A stretch of DNA of 64,000 nucleotides from a virus. Below are positions 56,371 to 64,000 of the stretch, piece after piece (position 1 is the first letter of the stretch; the number at the start of each line of letters is the position of its first letter). Location of the stretch: positions 1 through 64,000 of IMG/VR virus record IMGVR_UViG_3300028840_006907. The stretch is one strand, 5' to 3'. Under the pieces are notes generated by a model that did not search any database, was not told where the DNA came from, and worked only from the letters and a program-made list of their open reading frames with translations. A program made the translations under genes and the position numbers.

Positions 56371-56694
56371 ATGGTTGAAAAATCATGGGAAGAAATAGAA
56401 GGAAGAGACTGGACTGCTATACAGATAAAAGATGCTCAAAAAAAGCATAATGATGGCATAATAGAAAACATAGTTATGAAATTTGATAAGCCAGAGACAG
56501 CGAATGGTTTCAATAGATGGTTACAATTTTGCGGGGAATTTAAAATAACTGTAGAAGACATTACTCCTGCAGATGTCCGTCTTGTATGGTATGGCCCGAA
56601 TTTGAATAACATCACATTTATGACTGAGAAGAATTCTCAAAAGTACATTAATGAAAAGACGAGATTGATTTTAATAAAGGATATTGAAAGATGA
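56371..56694 (+). CDS. hypothetical protein
   Basis: 107-aa ORF. Confidence 0.5.
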   Translation: MVEKSWEEIEGRDWTAIQIKDAQKKHNDGIIENIVMKFDKPETANGFNRWLQFCGEFKITVEDITPADVRLVWYGPNLNNITFMTEKNSQKYINEKTRLILIKDIER

Positions 56695-56939
56695 TCACAC
56701 GCATTGGATTGGATGCTGCGATCAGCATGATCGATAAGGATATCCCCGAGGCCCTGGAGCCTTACTGGGCTACTGTGAAGCAATTTATAGATGAGTTGCC
56801 AGAAGATACCTTAATCCAGTTGCTTCAATCTATTGCTAATCAGATAAATACTAGGGGTAATTGTCTGATAATTCAGCAGGAAGAAGATTTACGAGTAGTA
56901 AAAGATATTGATTTAGTATTATTTAAAGATTTAAAATAG
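56691..56939 (+). CDS. small protein, tandem paralog A
   Basis: Shares I.E.LE.YW.TV...DDLPE.TL..L..SIA core with next gene. Confidence 0.5.
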   Translation: MITRIGLDAAISMIDKDIPEALEPYWATVKQFIDELPEDTLIQLLQSIANQINTRGNCLIIQQEEDLRVVKDIDLVLFKDLK

Positions 56940-56949
56940 GAGCGGTAGT

Positions 56950-57195
56950 ATGAAAGTTAAACGTTCTGATTTAACAAAAGCTATACGTGAACTTGATGAA
57001 AAAATACCTAGTGAATTAGAATCTTATTGGAAAACAGTCAGATTAGCCCTAGATGATTTACCAGAAGAAACTTTATGTAATTTGTTTGGATCTATTGCCA
57101 GAGAACTGGGTTTAAAAAATCAATGTCTTCTGATTCGTAAAGGGGATGATATTGGTATAGTTACAAAATTTAAAGCGATAAGGATACCTGATTAA
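56950..57195 (+). CDS. small protein, tandem paralog B
   Basis: Same length and motif spacing as 56691-56939 product. Confidence 0.5.
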   Translation: MKVKRSDLTKAIRELDEKIPSELESYWKTVRLALDDLPEETLCNLFGSIARELGLKNQCLLIRKGDDIGIVTKFKAIRIPD

Positions 57196-57197
57196 TT

Positions 57198-57545
57198 ATG
57201 AGACAGATAAAATTGGCTTCAAATGATAATGATATTACAGCTAAATTAAAAATGACTATAAATTCTAAAATACACCAATTACATGTATTATTGAGTAAAA
57301 ATATAGAACTTGGTAATCTCTTGGAATTAAAAGATGAAGCCTCCGATAATGATTATATCGAATTCGGTGATATAATGTTGAGACAAAGGTTACTCTTGGC
57401 AGAAATAGATTCTTTAATGATTTCTTTAAAACAGATGATTATGATGATTTCAAAAAATAAAAGAGTACAAATAGAGTGGGATGAAATTTCAGAGGAAGAT
57501 TTAAAAGCTGTACGAGATAGTTATTTCCATAAAATAATGGAGTAA
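57198..57545 (+). CDS. hypothetical protein
   Basis: 115-aa ORF. Confidence 0.45.
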   Translation: MRQIKLASNDNDITAKLKMTINSKIHQLHVLLSKNIELGNLLELKDEASDNDYIEFGDIMLRQRLLLAEIDSLMISLKQMIMMISKNKRVQIEWDEISEEDLKAVRDSYFHKIME

Positions 57546-57547
57546 TA

Positions 57548-57829
57548 ATGAATCAAGAGTTTTCAGAGACACCAGTTTCCATTGAGATAGAATTTGATTT
57601 GGATAGATTCAAAATTGATCCGGAAAAAAGTGTGAGGTATACTTTTCATTTTAAAGGCAGTGATGAGTTAAATTCGATAGAAGAAGCTGATATAAAAAGT
57701 TTACATAGTCTATACGCATGTTCTAGTGCTGTTACTATTATGCTTAAAAAATGTATAGATTCTTATTATCATTATATGAATAAAGCTGGAGAAGAAATTA
57801 ACACAATAGTAGAAGAGGGAAAAAAGTGA
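57548..57829 (+). CDS. hypothetical protein
   Basis: 93-aa ORF. Confidence 0.45.
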   Translation: MNQEFSETPVSIEIEFDLDRFKIDPEKSVRYTFHFKGSDELNSIEEADIKSLHSLYACSSAVTIMLKKCIDSYYHYMNKAGEEINTIVEEGKK

Positions 57830-58215
57830 AACAATTAATCCTAAATGAAGGAGATGGTGTAACAACGGTAATTCTAAAAGCAATGATAAATTCATCAATG
57901 GCTGAACTGGATTATTATGAAAACACTGCTTCGAAGATGAATATAGAGAATTGGGATGTTACCGTAGATGTTGAGAGAATCCAAGTTAAAATTGATTCTT
58001 TGGTTAGAATGTTACAAGTACATTTAAAGAAGATCTATTTGACATGGGAAGAAATTGATACTAAAGATCTGGTTATAAAAGATTGGAAAGTATGGAGTTC
58101 AAAGAATAATAAAAATACTTGTTTTGGATCAAAACCAGGTTCCCAGGCTCAGGCAGAGAATGGTTGTGAAAATTGTTGGGATCAGAATGAATGCTTTTCT
58201 AATATAGAAAAATAA
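57826..58215 (+). CDS. hypothetical protein
   Basis: 129-aa ORF, 4-nt overlap. Confidence 0.5.
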   Translation: MKQLILNEGDGVTTVILKAMINSSMAELDYYENTASKMNIENWDVTVDVERIQVKIDSLVRMLQVHLKKIYLTWEEIDTKDLVIKDWKVWSSKNNKNTCFGSKPGSQAQAENGCENCWDQNECFSNIEK

Positions 58216-58389
58216 TATGATTTCAAGATGGAATGTGTTTTTTAACGTGATACTCATCCAGATAATTATGTTATTTGTTACTGAGGCAAAGGAAGGTTTA
58301 CATTTAGTTCGATATTTATCATTTGCCGTTATAGATGTGTTACTTCTCATCTACGCATTAATAGGTTATAGGAAATCAAAAGAAAAATA

Positions 58390-58833
58390 GTGAGGGAAAG
58401 AATGTCATTTTTAGAACCTGAAGATGTTGTTGATCAATTAAAGATTTATAAAAGAGATAGTAGTGATATAGTTCTTTTAAAAGCCATGATAAATAAAGAA
58501 GTGGCTAAATTATTTGTTTTAAATCAAACAAGTGAAGTTATTTTGGAAGATATTCTGAAAATGGATTCAGGATCTGTTCCTGTTTTTTCAATTGAAAAAG
58601 TCACTGAGATGGGACTTGATTATTGTATCTCGGTTGCAAAGATAATTTCTTTAATAAATTCTTTGATACAATCTGGTCATGATGTTCTGGAGTGGGAAGA
58701 AGTGAGTCTATATAAGATAGGTAAAATAGACGGTTTAAAAATATTGGAAAAATTAAGCAATAATATGGACAAATTAAATGAAGCAATGAAAAGTTTTAAG
58801 ATGGATGAGGATTCTTCCGAGGATATAAATTGA
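58390..58833 (+). CDS. hypothetical protein
   Basis: 147-aa ORF. Confidence 0.5.
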   Translation: MRERMSFLEPEDVVDQLKIYKRDSSDIVLLKAMINKEVAKLFVLNQTSEVILEDILKMDSGSVPVFSIEKVTEMGLDYCISVAKIISLINSLIQSGHDVLEWEEVSLYKIGKIDGLKILEKLSNNMDKLNEAMKSFKMDEDSSEDIN

Positions 58834-59198
58834 TGGATTTTTTATTCGAAAAATCAAGGAAAGTCCCTAAGCATAGATGCACGAAATGTTTTAAAGAGAT
58901 GGATCATCTGACAGGAGATGGTATACCTACTGTTGGAAGTCTTATTGCCTGTATAAATTGTGGCCATATTATGATGATTGGAGAATCTTTTAAAATGCTT
59001 GAGGTAGATATACCTCAATTAGCAAGAGAATCAGATATCAAAGATTATTGTAAAATATGTCTTGCTAGTAAAGTTCTTGCTAATGTATTTCACAAAAGAA
59101 ATGGATATTATGCTTCTACCATTTTTGAGGATATTGAAAAACATTGTCCAGGAGGTTGCCATTGGATTGAAGGTACTGGCCAAGGTTTGTATAATTGA
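58830..59198 (+). CDS. zinc-ribbon-like protein
   Basis: CTKCF...CINCGH and CKIC...CPGGCH. Confidence 0.5.
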   Translation: MMDFLFEKSRKVPKHRCTKCFKEMDHLTGDGIPTVGSLIACINCGHIMMIGESFKMLEVDIPQLARESDIKDYCKICLASKVLANVFHKRNGYYASTIFEDIEKHCPGGCHWIEGTGQGLYN

Positions 59199-59250
59199 TT
59201 TTTAGAAATAACTATTGAAGAAATAAAAGATATTTTAGAAAAATTATAAT

Positions 59251-59757
59251 ATGGATCAAATAATAACAGAAATAGCAGAAGTAGCCAAGCAGAATTTAAT
59301 TAAACATGGAAGTTTGGCTCCGGTAGTATTACCTCATAAAAATGGTGTGATTGTACCACAATTAGTAATGAATCTGAGATTTGAAAATGATGAACAGAAA
59401 TACAAAGCATTTGTAATGATTGGAATAACTGCTCAGAAATTTTTTAAAAATGGCTTTATTGACAGAATAGTTCTTGTAATAGAAGGTGCTATGAAAGCTT
59501 ATGATGAGCATACAAGCGAATTGGTAAAAAGAAATCCTGAGCTTTATGCCCCTTTAACATATCCAGAGAGTCAGCGCCAAGAAATCATAATTATTAATGA
59601 CTTTGATTTGATAAAAAAGACGGATTGTTTTTATAGTATAGAATTCAAGAAAAACGGGACTAGCTTTACATTTAAACAATTAGAAAAATATGGATCGATG
59701 CCAGGAGGCATGCGGGATAAATTTTACCTTGGATTAAATTATGAAAAAAATCTATAA
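59251..59757 (+). CDS. hypothetical protein
   Basis: 168-aa ORF. Confidence 0.5.
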   Translation: MDQIITEIAEVAKQNLIKHGSLAPVVLPHKNGVIVPQLVMNLRFENDEQKYKAFVMIGITAQKFFKNGFIDRIVLVIEGAMKAYDEHTSELVKRNPELYAPLTYPESQRQEIIIINDFDLIKKTDCFYSIEFKKNGTSFTFKQLEKYGSMPGGMRDKFYLGLNYEKNL

Positions 59758-60082
59758 ATATTTTATATCTTTTTTTGTTGTGTTATCAACAATATCTATC
59801 GTAATATTGTATATCATTGTTTTTAATTGCTTGAAACATGAAAGATATTATCCTTATAGTTATTTCCATTCCCTAAAACATTATCGTTATAAACCTTTTG
59901 ATTATAATAAATATTATGCCATAACATTTACAGGTTCTCTGGAAAATCAAGATAGTTGCTATGTTTTAAAGAATAACAATCTTATAAAAGCTCGTTTTTA
60001 TAATTCGCCACAATTAGATCTATTAAATATAAAAGACAGTTCAAAAGTAGAAGTAATTATACAAGGAGTAATGGAAGAATGA
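59741..60082 (+). CDS. membrane protein
   Basis: Helix FISFFVVLSTISIVILYIIVF. Confidence 0.45.
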   Translation: MKKIYKYFISFFVVLSTISIVILYIIVFNCLKHERYYPYSYFHSLKHYRYKPFDYNKYYAITFTGSLENQDSCYVLKNNNLIKARFYNSPQLDLLNIKDSSKVEVIIQGVMEE

Positions 60083-60351
60083 AAGACAAAGAATATAATT
60101 TAAATCTTAAAGCTGGGTTCAAAATAGGTAATAATAAAATATGTGGCAAAAGAACTAAATATAGATCTGAAGAAACAGCTCGTAAGGCACTTTTCATGAG
60201 ATTAGAGAGGAAAAAAAGTCAAAATTTTTTAGGATATTACCCATGTGTATTCTGTGGAGGATGGCATATCGGTTTGAAAATGTTTATGAAATCATTAATA
60301 AAATATGAGAAGATAGAACTTCCAAAAGAAAAAGTAGATATGTTGAGATAA
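60079..60351 (+). CDS. hypothetical basic protein
   Basis: 90-aa ORF, 4-nt overlap. Confidence 0.45.
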   Translation: MKDKEYNLNLKAGFKIGNNKICGKRTKYRSEETARKALFMRLERKKSQNFLGYYPCVFCGGWHIGLKMFMKSLIKYEKIELPKEKVDMLR

Positions 60352-60747
60352 AGTTTTTTAGAGGTATTTAATATGGCATTAGAAGTATTATCTATACCGG
60401 AAGAACAATTACTTGAAGTAGTTATGGTCATTCGTGCAGGCTTGCAAGTCGTTGATGTTTCACGTGAAACATCAGATTACTTAATAAATTGGTGTAAAGA
60501 AGAAGAGGAGTATCTAAATGGGTGATTTGAAAGGAAAAGTAGAATGCCCCGTTTGCGGAGAAGAAGTGGATTTAGATGATTCGGAAAAAGCAGTAGCCCA
60601 TATGTCAAAAAGATGAAGCTCATAAAAATCATTTGGATAGGGCTCGAATTAATCATCTGATGGAGATGTTTACTGGATCTGGAATTATAAGGAAGGTCTG
60701 AATAGTTATAAAAATTATTAATTTAGTTAAAAAGAAGGAGTAAAAAA

Positions 60748-61041
60748 GTGCAGACAGATAATTTATTCTGTGATTTAAGAGAAGATGATGAATACTTTCC
60801 TATTGGATGTAATACAAGTCCGATAGCTCTAATATGGATAGAGAAAGGGGAAATTCAAACAAAGTATATGCAAGGTTGGTGTAAAAGTCGTTCCCGAATG
60901 GTAGCTGAAAATATAAGAGAATTACGAGATAAAAAGATCCCTTTTAAAATTATAGGTACATGGAGTGGTGAGTATAGCTCGAATATGTTTAATCTTAATC
61001 CTGAGAGAATTGAAAAGCTTTTGGAACTTCATGGTAATTAA
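60748..61041 (+). CDS. hypothetical protein
   Basis: 97-aa ORF. Confidence 0.45.
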   Translation: MQTDNLFCDLREDDEYFPIGCNTSPIALIWIEKGEIQTKYMQGWCKSRSRMVAENIRELRDKKIPFKIIGTWSGEYSSNMFNLNPERIEKLLELHGN

Positions 61042-61045
61042 TACA

Positions 61046-61498
61046 ATGCTTGTTGAAGAAAAAATCATAGAGGTTTTGGATTTAGATGAATGTCATGTTC
61101 TTTTGGAGAATTTCAAGAGTGAGATTTTTTGCCATTATAATGTGCCAGAAGATTTCAGTACCAGAATTTTAGTAAATGTCCTTAAGAAGATCGGGTTTGA
61201 AAATCAAGTTAACCGTCTCGATGCTACTCTTGATATGTGTCATTTAGAATATTCTGAGGATGGGGATTTCTATAAGAAAATTGTAAAGCATGCAGTTTAT
61301 TTATTTCAATTGTTTATAATTTGGGATAGGCAAGAAGAATTATGTGAAATAGAAATACCTACCCAAAGCCTGATCGATGATCTGCCCGAATTACCGCTGG
61401 TGAAATTTAAAGAAGATGGAAATGCAGAATGTCAGATTGAGTTAATGGTTCAAGTTAGGGAATTTATGAGATCGATGGTAATTAAGGATTGGGTATAA
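61046..61498 (+). CDS. hypothetical protein
   Basis: Start moved to ATG just after upstream stop (MLVEEKIIEV). Confidence 0.45.
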   Translation: MLVEEKIIEVLDLDECHVLLENFKSEIFCHYNVPEDFSTRILVNVLKKIGFENQVNRLDATLDMCHLEYSEDGDFYKKIVKHAVYLFQLFIIWDRQEELCEIEIPTQSLIDDLPELPLVKFKEDGNAECQIELMVQVREFMRSMVIKDWV

Positions 61499-61510
61499 GG
61501 TTCCGTTTTT

Positions 61511-61732
61511 ATGGGTAGTTGTAGGTATAAATATGTTTTAGATCCAGATATTACCCAAATGAATATTTGGGATGATATAAAAAGGCGCATTGAGAGAGAA
61601 AAATTGGTACAGGCTTTAAAAAATGGTGATGATAAAACTATACAAAGATTGATGCCTGATAAAGACCTACAGGAAATGCTGAAACAATTTCATGATGCTT
61701 GGATAAGCAGATTCCCGGAAGATGACATCTGA
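61511..61732 (+). CDS. hypothetical protein
   Basis: 73-aa ORF. Confidence 0.45.
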   Translation: MGSCRYKYVLDPDITQMNIWDDIKRRIEREKLVQALKNGDDKTIQRLMPDKDLQEMLKQFHDAWISRFPEDDI

Positions 61733-62109
61733 TGGCGAGTAGATACGAAATATTATTAAGACAAGAGGATCCCTTTTATGGGAAATGCCCTAAGGGTGGG
61801 AACCATGAATGGGGAACTGATGGACAGCATTCAAATCAATATTGTAAGAAATGTTTTTTAAATAGACCAGAACCACCGAAACTTGAGGATAAATACATAA
61901 CTGAAAATAATAAGACTATAAGTTTATTTAGTGAAAAAAAGTGCTTTGATGGCCAGGATCATGTGTGGGGTATTGATGGTGCTCATTCAAATGTTTATTG
62001 TAAAAAATGCTTTATGAGTAAACCTGAAGATACCCCTGCAGATCCGTATGAAGATGAAGTTGATTTAAAGAAGAAAAAGGAGTTTGATATAACAGATTTG
62101 AATGGCTAA
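61732..62109 (+). CDS. protein with two tandem zinc-ribbon-like repeats
   Basis: CPKGGNHEWGTDGQHSNQYCKKCF and CFDGQDHVWGIDGAHSNVYCKKCF. Confidence 0.5.
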   Translation: MASRYEILLRQEDPFYGKCPKGGNHEWGTDGQHSNQYCKKCFLNRPEPPKLEDKYITENNKTISLFSEKKCFDGQDHVWGIDGAHSNVYCKKCFMSKPEDTPADPYEDEVDLKKKKEFDITDLNG

Positions 62110-62812
62110 TGGAGGGAAAGTGACTAAAGATAAAAATGTTTCAAAATATAAAATAACCGATCCAGAATTTTGGATTAATGAAAAAGGGGATCATCCGACT
62201 CCTAGAACGATGATAACTGTTAATCATGTACAAAGAGGTATTTGGAAACCTGCTGATAGTATTATCAGTGTAGAAAGTGTTTTAAAATATCTGAAAAGTT
62301 TAGCAGAAGTGAAAGATGAAATCCCTATGGAGGATGACGGATCTGATAGAATTTCTGTAGCATTGACATGTTCAAGAATGTTAAATTTTGAGAATAATTC
62401 CAAAGAAGAAGTTGAACCTTTTCTTAGATTAGATCTCCCAATAGTTTCAGTTAAAGCACCCTTGGCTCTTTTTGGAAACATTGAATATGAAGAACATAAA
62501 CTTTCTAAAATGATTATAGAAATGGCTCAGAAAGTTCATATCGATGTTGAAAAAAAATATGTGGAGATTGGGGGTTTAAAAGGGCTTTATGGTAACATGA
62601 ATTTGGTAGAATATACTCAAAATAATGAAAATGAATTATCAGAAGTTTTTTTTGGAAGATGGCTTGAATGTCAATCTATAATTTTTGAATTCAGTATTCT
62701 TAATTTTAATGATGATAATTTATTTACTATTCGAGGTCTTTGGTTAGTAGACCATTGGGATTTTATAGACGTTTTTACTTCTCCAATATTTAATATCATG
62801 ATAAAAGAGTAA
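62102..62812 (+). CDS. hypothetical protein
   Basis: 236-aa ORF. Confidence 0.5.
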   Translation: MANGGKVTKDKNVSKYKITDPEFWINEKGDHPTPRTMITVNHVQRGIWKPADSIISVESVLKYLKSLAEVKDEIPMEDDGSDRISVALTCSRMLNFENNSKEEVEPFLRLDLPIVSVKAPLALFGNIEYEEHKLSKMIIEMAQKVHIDVEKKYVEIGGLKGLYGNMNLVEYTQNNENELSEVFFGRWLECQSIIFEFSILNFNDDNLFTIRGLWLVDHWDFIDVFTSPIFNIMIKE

Positions 62813-62816
62813 TAGA

Positions 62817-63362
62817 ATGGTGAAAAAAGAAGAAGTAGTTAAGTTACTTGAAGAACGGGGCTATGGAAGATTTAATGAAGAGTCCTGGATATTGGGATTT
62901 GCAGAACTTCGATCAATATGTGAGATCCAAGCGCATCTAACTGAAACCAAATATGCTGGTACCGATGAATCCGATTCTTGGAGAATACAAATAATGTATG
63001 AATTTGAGAAGGGGATCTTCGTTATGAGCCAGCGCAATATAGTTGAAAACGGAGTCCTTTTACGTGATGAATTTATAGAATGGGATACCAATTTAAGGCT
63101 TTTTATCGAGAGGTTCAGAATACTATCTCCCAATCAATTAATATTTGTGGGACCTGAGAAGGAACCTATGATCCTAAATCCAGGAGAACATGTTAATGAT
63201 ATTCATCCAATAACCGGTTTATGCACTAAGTTAACTCCTCTTTATGGTAGTTGGTTGAAATTGTTAAGGAGTGATTTGGATGAACTGGAAGAATTAGTCA
63301 AATTGTTAAAAAAAGCTAAGATAGAATTAAAACCATTAGTAGAAGATCTTACCAATGAATAA
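62817..63362 (+). CDS. hypothetical protein
   Basis: 181-aa ORF. Confidence 0.5.
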   Translation: MVKKEEVVKLLEERGYGRFNEESWILGFAELRSICEIQAHLTETKYAGTDESDSWRIQIMYEFEKGIFVMSQRNIVENGVLLRDEFIEWDTNLRLFIERFRILSPNQLIFVGPEKEPMILNPGEHVNDIHPITGLCTKLTPLYGSWLKLLRSDLDELEELVKLLKKAKIELKPLVEDLTNE

Positions 63363-63372
63363 GGAGTATGTA

Positions 63373-63552
63373 TGGATGAAATGATTAGTTGCCCACGCTG
63401 TGATGGGGATCCTGGAGCAATTTTGGATGGTGGTCATCCATGTTTTATGTGTAATGGTACTGGAAAAGTCAGAGGTAAGGATTTTACTTTTCATCCTGAT
63501 TACAGAGAACCTGAAAGAGACAAAGAAGAATGATATTCAGATTTATACGTAA
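63373..63552 (+). CDS. small zinc-finger protein (below ORF-track cutoff)
   Basis: CPRCDG...CFMCNGTGKV (CxxCxGxG-like); AAGGAG upstream of ATG. Confidence 0.35.
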
Positions 63553-63838
63553 ATCGTTTTGGACGTTTATTATGATTATAGCCTTTCCAATTGATTACGT
63601 TGGATGGAATTTAATATATGGTGGCACATTTGGCTATAGACCATTAAAACAATGTGTCAAAGATGGATTAAAACAATTAGAAGAATATAAAAGAAAGATA
63701 GATAAATTTTGAAAGAATTTTGGTTAAAAGTACTAGCTGCTTTCATAGGTAATGCTATTGGTGCCCCTTTAGCAATTTTATTTATTTGGCTAATTATAAA
63801 ATTCACAAATTTATAATCATAGAGAAGGAACCCTTATA

Positions 63839-64000
63839 ATGGAACAAGAGATGTTACATGGAATTAATATCATGGAATTCGGGAATACTATTCAGATAGC
63901 TGGTATTATCATGAATAGCGATAGTATGTCTTATTTGATCCCGTTGCCCGATGATGATATCTTGGAAGCAAAGAATTTCCCACTTGATACTGATCAGTGG
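63839..64000 (+). CDS. hypothetical protein (partial, runs off window end)
   Basis: ATG at 63839 preceded by AGAAGGAA; open to window end. Confidence 0.35.
   Translation, partial: MEQEMLHGINIMEFGNTIQIAGIIMNSDSMSYLIPLPDDDILEAKNFPLDTDQW

Overview
AT-rich 64-kb window with the architecture of a large bacteriophage or phage-plasmid early/replication-type region; all calls come from reading the sequence and ORF track, with no database search run. Layout: a leftward (minus-strand) array of about 100 tightly packed, often translationally coupled genes (1-51517, one embedded plus-strand gene at 13699-14712), a 1.35-kb repeat-rich non-coding hub (51518-52872), and a rightward array of about 28 small genes (52873-64000). 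Products recognisable from motifs: beta-class amino-DNA methyltransferase (SPPY + DPFxGxGTT), DprA/SLOG-like Rossmann protein, SpoVG homolog, DUF3150-like and DUF932-like proteins, AAA+ ATPase, sigma-70 region-4-like proteins, gamma-less FtsK/SpoIIIE motor followed by small membrane proteins, HAD-type nucleotidase-like protein, secreted PKD-repeat protein, triple-HTH regulator, thioester-reductase-like NAD-binding protein, PAPS-reductase-like protein, and many small zinc-ribbon proteins. No capsid, tail, terminase, lysis, integrase, tRNA, rRNA or CRISPR features were recognised. Best candidates for undescribed biology: the repeat-rich divergent hub (77-bp x4.4, 14-bp x16, 3 GTGGCGCATAT boxes), the split FtsK-like translocase operon, the PAPS-reductase-like three-gene operon, the methyltransferase/SLOG pair, and recurrent conserved non-coding motifs. 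ORF starts follow the supplied track (some begin at GTG/TTG) and are adjusted only where an internal ATG abuts the upstream stop codon.
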